From an uncultured Candidatus Saccharibacteria bacterium (lineage in GTDB: Bacteria; Patescibacteriota; Saccharimonadia; Saccharimonadales; JAGQNJ01): 64,000 nucleotides of DNA. The translations under genes and the position numbers were made by a program. Location: the NCBI GenBank assembly GCA_964577565.1, contig CAZNZL010000001.1, forward strand, positions 14,566-78,565. Direction: 5' to 3'. Below, in pieces: positions 36,496 to 44,568 of the stretch (position 1 is the first letter of the stretch; each line of letters opens with the position of its first letter). The notes beneath the pieces were generated by a model, which did no database searches, had not been told where the DNA came from, and saw nothing but the letters and a program-made list of their open reading frames with translations.

Positions 36496-37733
36496 TGTAC
36501 GTGCCCGGTCAGCGCGGGGCTGCAACTGACCAGGCAGTCCAAAGAAAGCATCGCCCAGATTATGGCTTGCCAATTTTGGGTGTGGCTTTGACCGTAGTAG
36601 GGTTGATTGTCTTGTTTGCAATCAGCCCAGCACTGGCGGCTCAAAAGCAAGTAGCAGAGAATTTTTTTATTAACCGCCAAGTGATAGCGGTTTTAATAAG
36701 CGTCGTCATTTTTTTGGTTGTGTCACGGATACCATTAAACCAGTGGTCATTCTTAGAAAAGCCTCTGTTAATTAGTGCTGGCGTGGCTTCTGTCGCGGTA
36801 CGCTTATTTGGCGAGGAGGTTAATGGGGCATACCGCTGGATTCAGATTGGCGGACTGTCGTTTCAGCCAGCCGAGCTTATTAAATTTGTTTTATTAATTT
36901 GGTTAGCAGCTTTTTTTGCCGATCGGATAAAAAAGGGCACGCTGGGAGATTTTCAACAAACCCTCAAACCTTTACTGATTGCACTGGGCTTGGTTGGCGG
37001 GGTAGTAGCAATCTTGCAAAGTGACCTTGGTTCTGCGGCCGTTATGGTAGCTATGATGGCTTCTATGGCATTTGTAGCAGGCTTACCTATGAAGCGGATA
37101 ATGATGATAGGGGGGGTTATTGCAGTAGGGGTTGTGTTGCTTATTAGTGCAACACCGTATCGGCGGGACCGCCTTAGCACCTTTTTAAATCCCGCCGCTG
37201 ATTGCCAGACAACGGGTTACCAAACCTGCCAGGCGCTTATTGCGGTAGGGTCGGGCGGTGTTTTTGGTTTGGGCCTTGCCAGAAGTGTCCAGGCGTATGG
37301 TTATTTGCCAGAAGCAGCCAATGATTCTATTTTTGCTATTTATGCAGAAAAGTTTGGTTTTATTGGCGCAGCAGTACTATTAGCGCTGTTTATAGCCTTA
37401 TTTGCTCGCATTATTAAAATAGCTGAGCGAGCCCCTGATGATTACACGCGGCTGATAACCGTTGGTGTGCTTGCATGGCTGAGTACGCAGGCAATGATTA
37501 ACATTGGCGCCATGATTGGACTTTTGCCACTAAAAGGTATTACGTTGCCGTTTATTAGTTATGGTGGCACCAGCCTTATCTTTGTAACCGCGGCGCTTGG
37601 TCTGGTCTTTAATATCTCACGATATACATCACTGCGGGCAACTAATTTAGGGAGAGGAGCAAGGCATGAAGATTTTGCTCGTCGGGGGAGGAACCGGCGG
37701 CCATATTACACCTCTGTTAGCCGTCGCCCATGA
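36495..37733 (+). CDS. ftsW: SEDS family peptidoglycan polymerase FtsW/RodA
   Basis: A polytopic membrane protein with QALIAVGSGGVFGLGL...YLPEAANDSIFA and LPLKGITLPFISYGGTS. The start overlaps the mraY stop. Confidence 0.9.
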   Translation: MYVPGQRGAATDQAVQRKHRPDYGLPILGVALTVVGLIVLFAISPALAAQKQVAENFFINRQVIAVLISVVIFLVVSRIPLNQWSFLEKPLLISAGVASVAVRLFGEEVNGAYRWIQIGGLSFQPAELIKFVLLIWLAAFFADRIKKGTLGDFQQTLKPLLIALGLVGGVVAILQSDLGSAAVMVAMMASMAFVAGLPMKRIMMIGGVIAVGVVLLISATPYRRDRLSTFLNPAADCQTTGYQTCQALIAVGSGGVFGLGLARSVQAYGYLPEAANDSIFAIYAEKFGFIGAAVLLALFIALFARIIKIAERAPDDYTRLITVGVLAWLSTQAMINIGAMIGLLPLKGITLPFISYGGTSLIFVTAALGLVFNISRYTSLRATNLGRGARHEDFARRGRNRRPYYTSVSRRP

Positions 37734-38805
37734 GTTAAAAAAACACGACGCTCAAGCGGATATTTGTGTCGTGACCGATAACAATGCATGGTTATCGTCA
37801 TTACAGAACTCAGCCGATATCTCTCACGTTACGGTCATTTCGGCCGGTAAGCTGCGACGTTATCCTAACCAATCATGGCTACAAAAAATCACCGATATCA
37901 AAACAATAAGCCTGAATCTTCGTGATGCATTTCGTACGTTTCGTGGCTGTTGGCAGGCGTTGAGAGCCATCGGTCGCAGCAACCCAGATATTATCTTTAT
38001 AAAGGGTGGTTTTGTAGGGGTGCCGGTTGGTGTAGCGGCGCATATAAAACGAGTACCGTTTATAACCCATGACTCTGATACCAAACCGGGTTTAGCTAAC
38101 AAAATTATTGGCCGGTGGGCAGCGGTTCATGCTGTCGGTATGCCAAGCCAGTTCTACACCTATCCTAAGCAAAAAACGGTTCATGTTGGCATTCCGCTTA
38201 CCAAAAACTATAAACATGTCTCAGATAAGCTTAAATTAGCGTACAGGCGAGATCTTGAGCTGCCCGCAAGGGCACACGTTGTTGCGGTAACGGGTGGTAG
38301 CCAGGGTGCTGCTCGTATTAATAAAATTGTAAAATTAGTTCTTAAAGAGCTTACCGCCAACGAAGAGACATACTTATTGCACCAAACAGGGAATCAGACC
38401 AACGATTTACCCTCAGTGTCCAGCCAATATCGGCCGTTTGCCTATCGCGATGATCTTTATAAAGTTACGGGTGCGGCCGATGTGGTTATAGCAAGGGCAG
38501 GGGCGAGCACATTAGCAGAGCTTGCCACGCAAGAAAAGGCGGTAATTGTTATTCCGAGCCCCTTTTTAGCAAGTGGACATCAGCTTGAAAACGCTAAACA
38601 ACTGCAAGAAAAAGAAGCCGTGATTATGCTGGACGAGACAAAGTTACTAAATAATCCGTTCGCGTTACTTAATACTGTGCAGCAATTACTAAACGATACA
38701 AGCCTACGCAAGCGATTGAGTAGAAACTTGCGATCATTGTACCTACCTGATTCAGCAGCACGTATCGCCGAGCTTATTATTAAAACAGGTGTTAAACCTC
38801 AATGA
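37666..38805 (+). CDS. murG: UDP-GlcNAc:lipid I N-acetylglucosaminyltransferase MurG
   Basis: MKILLVGGGTGGHITPLLAVA at the N-terminus and the C-terminal GASTLAEL motif. It overlaps the ftsW 3' end by 68 nt. Confidence 0.9.
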   Translation: MKILLVGGGTGGHITPLLAVAHELKKHDAQADICVVTDNNAWLSSLQNSADISHVTVISAGKLRRYPNQSWLQKITDIKTISLNLRDAFRTFRGCWQALRAIGRSNPDIIFIKGGFVGVPVGVAAHIKRVPFITHDSDTKPGLANKIIGRWAAVHAVGMPSQFYTYPKQKTVHVGIPLTKNYKHVSDKLKLAYRRDLELPARAHVVAVTGGSQGAARINKIVKLVLKELTANEETYLLHQTGNQTNDLPSVSSQYRPFAYRDDLYKVTGAADVVIARAGASTLAELATQEKAVIVIPSPFLASGHQLENAKQLQEKEAVIMLDETKLLNNPFALLNTVQQLLNDTSLRKRLSRNLRSLYLPDSAARIAELIIKTGVKPQ

Positions 38806-39719
38806 GTATATTTGGGCAAAAATCTAGCCGGCAAAGACAACGCAATCGGCAGACGCCTGATGCCCAAAGCGCTGTTTATTCGTACTATCAACGGCGGTCT
38901 GCTCGTAACGATGCGGTCGGCCGAGATCCAGAAGCTATCGAGTCTCAAAAACGTAAAAAGCCGCGCGCTATCCAGCACATACCATCGCTTATTTTACTGG
39001 TAGCCATACTGGTAAGTATGTTTTATGTATCAACGATTGACCCAAGGGTTAAAGTTAATCAAATAGACCAGCCCTCCAGTTCAGCTGTGCTCAATTTACG
39101 CAATGATGGCATCTACCAAGCGGCTGCTCAGCATTTTATAGAAAAATCATTAGTTAACCGTTCAAAGTTTTTAATTGATAGCGATGGATTACGGGCAGAT
39201 TTACAAAGGCAGTTTCCTGAGCTGGCTGCCGTAACTGTGACGTTACCAATTATGGGACGGCGCCCCGTGATAAGCATTCAAACTACCAAACCGGCTTTTA
39301 TTTTGGCCTCAGGAACCCAGTCGGTTTTAGTGGGAAACAATGGTGTAGCTCTAGTCGATGTACGCGACGTCGACCATAAAGAGCGTTTAAACCTTAAAAC
39401 AGTGCAAGACGAATCAGGGCTTGCAATCGAGCCAGGTAAAGCTGCGCTGCCCAAAGAACAAGCGCTCTTTATTGCCTCGGTTGTCGAGCAGCTAGAAAGC
39501 CAGCATATACCAATTGAACGCCTTACAATTCCTCGTAGTCCATATGATCTTCATGTGCGCATTAAAGACAGGCCGTACTTTGTAAAGTTTAATGTCCTTG
39601 AAGACCCTTTGCAGCAGTCGGGGGCATTCGTTGCTTTGCAGCAAAAGCTTGAGGCAGAGCAGGGGGAGCCTAAAGAATATATCGACGTAAGGGTAGGGGA
39701 AAGAGTGTTTTATCGCTAG
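38802..39719 (+). CDS. ftsQ: FtsQ/DivIB-like cell division protein (TM helix plus POTRA)
   Basis: A basic N-terminus, one TM helix (IPSLILLVAILVSMFYV), and a POTRA-like segment (LRADLQRQFPELAAVTVTLPIMGRRPVISI). It follows murG. Confidence 0.6.
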   Translation: MSIFGQKSSRQRQRNRQTPDAQSAVYSYYQRRSARNDAVGRDPEAIESQKRKKPRAIQHIPSLILLVAILVSMFYVSTIDPRVKVNQIDQPSSSAVLNLRNDGIYQAAAQHFIEKSLVNRSKFLIDSDGLRADLQRQFPELAAVTVTLPIMGRRPVISIQTTKPAFILASGTQSVLVGNNGVALVDVRDVDHKERLNLKTVQDESGLAIEPGKAALPKEQALFIASVVEQLESQHIPIERLTIPRSPYDLHVRIKDRPYFVKFNVLEDPLQQSGAFVALQQKLEAEQGEPKEYIDVRVGERVFYR

Positions 39720-40367
39720 CGTATTATTGCGTGGGCAGTGAGCCGCGTGTAAATTTAGAAAGCATACAACATAAACGTTTTGTGGCTGCACCCTCTCTGC
39801 TTTTCTCTCTTTTGAATGTTCGTAATTTGTTCATTGTGTGTTTGAATCACGCATTGAAAACTATATAAAACTATCAAAAACGTGAAAAATCAAATAGTAT
39901 GCGTGAAAATAGCAGGGCACGAGCAAAAACATATAAAACATAACAAAAATAGTAAAATGCAAATAATGTTGTGGAAAACTTTGCAAAAAGCACAAAAAAC
40001 GACATAGATACCGTTTAAGAGCATGCAGTAATAAATTGTTAACTAAGCATAGATAAATAGGCTATCAAACACGTTAAATGATAGAATTTGCGTACTACTC
40101 CCCTATATGAGATGTATCAATAGTCATCTATAAATACGTATACAAAGTCGCAAAATATACATTGTGCGACGTACTATCACTATGTCAGGGGGAAGCCCTA
40201 TTTTGCTGTTTTCAATCATTATTTCATTACTTATGATTCTGGTTTTGTATTTTTTGTGCCCTTTTGCTTTATGCAAGTTTACTGTGTTTTTAGTTGCCTT
40301 TATGTATTTACTCTAAACTCGTTGATTATTACAATGTTCGCAAAATGTTTATAAAAAATAAAACATT

Positions 40368-40916
40368 TTAAGCACGCATGTGATTGCGGCTGTGTGCATC
40401 AGAATGGCGCCGTAGCCGTGGTTCTATATCTACCATGACCCAATCATGGTCTTGTAGCTCGCCATCTTCCCTTGCCTGTCCGAATATAAACTGCTCATTT
40501 TTAAGATCTATAAGCATGCCGTTATGATTTCGGTACCGAAAAATACCAAAGCGCACATGAAATGGTAGGTGTTTGGGTCTAACATCTTTAACGAGGGCTA
40601 CTCGAGCAGCCAGAATGCGGCCCTCGGGCATCAGCGAGGGGTCATGATAGGGAGCAATATGAGGTCGATCTAACACCGGATAGAGCCCAAACTCGTGCTC
40701 GACAACTTTCGCGCCACAATAGTGGCGTACCTTATCAAATTCTTCTGCGGCAATACGTAGGCGCTCAGCAAGACTCACGTGTGGGTCAGCAACCGTTTGT
40801 ATGCGCCGCAATATACTTTCTTGATCTAAATCACCAACTTCTTTTAATTGTGGCTTGTGTAAGTAAATATGCTCTTCAGGATCAAACTCTGGCAAATCCA
40901 GCCCGTAAAATTTCAT
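40368..40916 (-). CDS. hypothetical protein, paralog A of an unrecognised family
   Basis: 182 aa. It shares GxxPxFxP at the N-terminus, CGAxVVxHxxGL in the middle and VDIEP near the C-terminus with the gene immediately upstream. The ATG lies 1 nt after that gene's stop (TGAAATG). Confidence 0.6.
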   Translation of the reverse strand: MKFYGLDLPEFDPEEHIYLHKPQLKEVGDLDQESILRRIQTVADPHVSLAERLRIAAEEFDKVRHYCGAKVVEHEFGLYPVLDRPHIAPYHDPSLMPEGRILAARVALVKDVRPKHLPFHVRFGIFRYRNHNGMLIDLKNEQFIFGQAREDGELQDHDWVMVDIEPRLRRHSDAHSRNHMRA

Positions 40917-40917
40917 T

Positions 40918-41502
40918 TCAGAAACCCCCGCCTTGCTTTTGGCGAAACACAGGCTCGATATCTACTAAAAACAGAGTAGGGTCAGTTTGGTCAGGATTAT
41001 TTGTATTACACCCATACATAAATTGAAACGGTTTCATATCATAAAGGTGGCTCCTGCGTATACGGTTCAAGGGGCGGTTGTAGCGTGCCAAACCTTCATG
41101 AACCTGTTCTTGTATACTCATTGGCAAACTCGCTGAAGAATCAATGCATCTAGGTACCGTAGCACCATCGATATAGTCTACTTTTGCAACCAGTCTTAAA
41201 CCGACATAATTGTTCCAAGGTAGTTTTGGGTACGTAGAACTGGCCAATCCCCAGGTGTGGGGTACAACTTCTGCGCCACACAAGTCTGCGCATTTTTGTA
41301 GTTCTTTGTCAGTAGTAGCGAGCGTGTGCTGAAGTGATTTTAATGAAAAATACGGCGGATAGACATCTATATCACGTACGAATTGCTTTGGTACTGATTC
41401 AGGACTTGATACCGTAGTACTCAGCTCTGCTGCAAGACACCGGCTTAATACCCTCGCATCGCCTGGTTCAAACCCGGGTATAGCACCGAGGCTCTTAACA
41501 AT
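40918..41502 (-). CDS. hypothetical protein, paralog B of the same family, with no canonical start codon
   Basis: The frame is open from 41529 down to the stop at 40918. It aligns with paralog A from about codon position 41499 onward (KSLGAIPGFEPGD vs KFYGLDLPEFDPEE). The first ATG, GTG or TTG in frame is the TTG at 41283. An ATT at 41502-41500 overlaps the upstream TAA. Confidence 0.45.
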   Translation of the reverse strand: MVKSLGAIPGFEPGDARVLSRCLAAELSTTVSSPESVPKQFVRDIDVYPPYFSLKSLQHTLATTDKELQKCADLCGAEVVPHTWGLASSTYPKLPWNNYVGLRLVAKVDYIDGATVPRCIDSSASLPMSIQEQVHEGLARYNRPLNRIRRSHLYDMKPFQFMYGCNTNNPDQTDPTLFLVDIEPVFRQKQGGGF

Positions 41503-42542
41503 TAGTCCTCGGCGAGGGCGTAGGTGGCTTTAGCAACGCGCTTAAATTGCTTTTTGCCTTGTAGGTTCAATAAAATCGTCGTTTCTTTAACGTAACGGGT
41601 TTTAAGTACGTTCTTAACAATCTCGTCACGGTGCAGTGGTTCACCTGCCTTTTTCAAGATGTCGGCAATAACGTCAGATACGGTGCCCTTTTTGTAACCC
41701 CATTCTTTCAGGGCGTAAATGCCTCGCCCTACGAGCACAAAGCGATCGTCTTTGATGAGCTCGTTGTGAATGGCTTGCGTCGTGACATCTTTACGCTTAA
41801 AACTAGAGGCTTTAATTTTTTTGGCAATGTCACTAAAGTGCATTTGCTTGCCGTTTTCTTTCAAAATAACGTAAATTTTGTCGCGAATGTTTTTAGGGTT
41901 AACGGTTGGCCACTTGGTAAGACCCCACACGCCGTTTAAGTGTGCCAGTTGTTTTGACAGGCTTGCTAAGGCCTCTGTCTTAGCCGCTTCGGCTTCGTTC
42001 ATGGCTTTGGCTACGTCTTCAATTGCTGAAGGCTTGCCAATCTCTTTAATGGCCTTAACAACCTTATCAACTTGTTGTGTTACTGCTTTATTGTCGCGAT
42101 ATGTCTTTTTAACAGCTACACCTTGGTGATAAAAGTCGTTTTCATCTACGGTAACAAGCTCAGGGCACAGCGCACATAAAAAAGCTACCCTTGCCTGGTT
42201 AACCTTGCTATCGTCTCCTGTCAGTTCTTTTGATAAAACACTAATTCGTTTGGCTTGGCCGGTTTTTTGTAGCATTTCAGTGACCGTTGCCTGTACCTCT
42301 TTTACATGAGGGACACTCCCCTGCTCTGCCTGGTTTTTAAGACGAGTGATAATAGCTTTTTCTAGCTGACGGACGCGCTCACGGGTAATGCCTAATAGTT
42401 CACCAATTTGCTCGAGCGTTTCTTTGCGGTCAAAAAGACCATAGCGCCTTGATACAATCTCGCGTTCACGCTCTTTCTCGATGGTTGCGAGTATGTCTTT
42501 GGTAATTTGTTCCACTGGTAACGTGTTAGTTTCGGTAGTCAT
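41502..42542 (-). CDS. sigma-70 region 4-like plus HARE-HTH domain DNA-binding protein
   Basis: The N-terminal part reads RYGLFDRKETLEQIGELLGITRERVRQLEKAIITRLK, a sigma region 4 HTH. The C-terminal part reads MHFSDIAKKIK...IHNELIKDDRFVLVGRGIYALKEWGY, a HARE-HTH-like pattern as in the RNA polymerase delta subunit N-domain. Confidence 0.65.
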   Translation of the reverse strand: MTTETNTLPVEQITKDILATIEKEREREIVSRRYGLFDRKETLEQIGELLGITRERVRQLEKAIITRLKNQAEQGSVPHVKEVQATVTEMLQKTGQAKRISVLSKELTGDDSKVNQARVAFLCALCPELVTVDENDFYHQGVAVKKTYRDNKAVTQQVDKVVKAIKEIGKPSAIEDVAKAMNEAEAAKTEALASLSKQLAHLNGVWGLTKWPTVNPKNIRDKIYVILKENGKQMHFSDIAKKIKASSFKRKDVTTQAIHNELIKDDRFVLVGRGIYALKEWGYKKGTVSDVIADILKKAGEPLHRDEIVKNVLKTRYVKETTILLNLQGKKQFKRVAKATYALAED

Positions 42543-42631
42543 TACACTTCTCTACTATCCTATTTAATATAATGTACATATAAATTATAAACTAATAACT
42601 ATAAAAGTCAAGAGTTTTATTACTATGACTT

Positions 42632-42640
42632 ATTATAGCA
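42632..42640 (-). promoter_or_regulatory. TGCTATAAT extended -10 element on the minus strand, about 90 nt upstream of the sigma/HARE-HTH gene
   Basis: The plus strand reads attatagca, which is TGCTATAAT on the minus strand. This matches the -10 consensus seen across the window. Confidence 0.45.
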
Positions 42641-42779
42641 CTAAATAGACATTTATGCGTACTGTTGAAATAACAATACTATTACTTAATAGAGGTGCAA
42701 AAGATAAAAATATGTAGTCTAATTTACTACTTCATGATACAAAATATTTATTATTCAATAATGTATCATTAAGATCAGC

Positions 42780-43238
42780 TTAATTTTCAGAATCGATTAT
42801 CTGAAATTCACCATTCTTGCCATAACTATTTGGTTCGAAGAATTCGGGGTACATTTCGTCTTTGACACCTTTTATCTCTCGAGCTCGCTGAATGGCTGCT
42901 CGCATCTGTTCTAATTCTTTGGCTTTTTCATCTATTTCTGCTAACTCTGGCCGTAATTTACGATCCGACATACCCCTTAAATCATCTGGAATCCCATACT
43001 CTTCACCCGTAAAAGTTGTAGTATCCATATCCCTTGTTGACGGAGAAGGAATACCCGCGCGATGCAACGCATCCTGTCCAAACTGTTGTTCATAAGTTGC
43101 ATCCCCATCAGGACCTATATCAAAGCCTTTTCCAGATGCTGTTAGTTTAGGAACATTATGTAGGCCCCTTACTTCAGGCTCTTGGTGAGGGTCAATGAGT
43201 TCTCCTCTTGCTTCAAAATCATCATCAAATCCTGTCAT
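42780..43238 (-). CDS. hypothetical acidic protein
   Basis: 152 aa, rich in D/E, with no TM helix and no family recognised. TATAAA on the minus strand (43251-43246) lies 7 nt upstream of the ATG, a leaderless-type geometry. Confidence 0.5.
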   Translation of the reverse strand: MTGFDDDFEARGELIDPHQEPEVRGLHNVPKLTASGKGFDIGPDGDATYEQQFGQDALHRAGIPSPSTRDMDTTTFTGEEYGIPDDLRGMSDRKLRPELAEIDEKAKELEQMRAAIQRAREIKGVKDEMYPEFFEPNSYGKNGEFQIIDSEN

Positions 43239-43938
43239 ATGAAAATTTATACCAGAAAAATAGAATAATTCAATACCTTTCTTTCGCCTGCATTAGAACG
43301 GGCTTCGACAATCTCTTTCTCGTATTACATAGAAATATTCCAATTTTCTCAGTAAAAAACCCAGCCTTGTTCTCTTTTGTTTCGGCAAATTTATTCCCAT
43401 TTTCTGTCCGGCCGGACAAGTTTTGTGAATACTTATTCTTTCACTCGCTTGCTAACACAAGCTATCAGCGACCCACTTTTCTCAGTAGCAAGAAAAGATG
43501 GGGCAAAAGTGCCACTGGCAACTGAAAAACAATGATGTTCACTCACTTGTCTGGCATCCGGATTCTACGTAACGACCCGCCAGCTGGCGGGGTCGCCCGT
43601 CAGTAGCCGGGTGAGCCTCGAATCACGGTATACCAGACTACGTTCATTCTTTTCAGTTTTTCAGAGCCAGATAAGCTTAAAGCAATATGTGGCTTGGTTT
43701 GCTCCTGGTACAAGGTGCGTCAAAAATACAATTATAGTCTGAGGACTTCCCGGCAGTTGCCGGGCGACCGTTAGGGAGTTGTCCGAAGCATTGTATTTAT
43801 TGACAAGCACCTTGCCAAGAGTAAACCATTGCCACGAGGGGTTTTGCCTTCTTTTGACCCAGCTGCAAAAGGAGGTCGCCTACAGCTCACGGAGTGAGCG
43901 GGGCGAAATACTTATGATAATTCAAATACTTTTATTGT

Positions 43939-43993
43939 CTTCGCTTTCGTCCTTTTGGACTCATCAGCGTAAGTACACACTTACGGAGCGAAG
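43939..43993 (-). ncRNA. hammerhead self-cleaving ribozyme, type III topology
   Basis: The minus strand reads CUUCGCU-C-CGUAAG-UGUGUA-CUUACG-CUGAUGA-GUCC-AAAA-GGAC-GAA-AGCGAAG. The complete conserved core is present (CUGAUGA, GAA, the A15.1-U16.1 pair, C17). Stem I has 6 bp, stem II has 4 bp starting with a G-C pair, and the open stem III has 7 bp. Confidence 0.85.
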
Positions 43994-44094
43994 ATGACAA
44001 GAAGACAATAGTTTAGGAACAGAAGAAGTGGCAATGAGAGCCAAACGTCTGAGAAAACCCCAAACTACTCTCTGCTTGCCACCGTCGCTGGTGA

Positions 44095-44568
44095 TCAGTC
44101 GCCGCCAATGAACGAGTAGTCCGCGTCCATCACGCCGCCCTGACGAGTCATCTCGTTCCGGCAGATGGCGATGATGGCAGAAGCCATCCACTCGGCGATC
44201 ATCTCATCAAAGACAGCTTGGACGCCGCTGAAAGCGACGATCAGCCCGTCACGGATGACGCTGCCGCCCCACTTGACGTCGCCGTCTTGCAGCAGGTGCG
44301 GTGCACGCTGCTGAACCTCGCGGCTCGACATCTTCGTTCGCTTGGAGAGCTGCGCCTTGGCATGGGCGATGCGCTTGTACTTGTCGTCATCGCGCGTGCC
44401 ATTGGTCTCGATGGTCTCCGTGAAGAGGACACTGCCATCGCGAGGGTGGAGCACCACGATGGTTCCGGCTAGCTTGTTGGTCACGCCGTCATTACGAGCG
44501 GCATTGACCCCTTGGCGAACCATACACCATGCAAGGTCGCAGATTTCCTCGGAAATTCCTCGGTACAT
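44095..44568 (-). CDS. GC-rich ORF, possible GlcG/HbpS-like (DUF336) protein
   Basis: WGGSVIRDGLIVAFSGVQAVFDEMIAEW resembles the DUF336 core GGxPxxxDGxxIGAxGVSG..xxDxxxA. Hand counts of three 60-nt lines give 38, 32 and 40 G+C, against 25 of 60 in a topA line. Both strands carry long shadow ORFs, as expected for high GC. I prefer the ATG at 44568 (MYRGISEE) over the TTG at 44592. Confidence 0.45.
   Translation of the reverse strand: MYRGISEEICDLAWCMVRQGVNAARNDGVTNKLAGTIVVLHPRDGSVLFTETIETNGTRDDDKYKRIAHAKAQLSKRTKMSSREVQQRAPHLLQDGDVKWGGSVIRDGLIVAFSGVQAVFDEMIAEWMASAIIAICRNEMTRQGGVMDADYSFIGGD

Noticed and set aside
39930-39975. A dif (XerCD) site in the AT-rich convergence zone. Candidates were TTATGTTTTAT on the minus strand near 39936 and GCAAATAATGT near 39958.
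   Set aside because: Only one half-site-like arm matches in each case. No 11-6-11 arrangement with both arms could be assembled.
43208-43525. A 105-aa plus-strand ORF, and the 72-aa ORF at 43779-43997, in the noncoding block.
   Set aside because: Their translations are rich in Phe, Leu, Ser and Asn with no domain-like pattern. Neither has a promoter or ribosome-binding signal. The second runs antisense through the hammerhead. They are most likely chance frames.
43561-43644. A tRNA-like 3' end (GAGCCTCGAATCACGGTATACCA) that suggested a tRNA gene or an integration att site next to the ribozyme region.
   Set aside because: There is no complementary acceptor 5' strand, no D-arm and no anticodon arm at the right distances. 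The TCGAATC string is not flanked by a T-stem.
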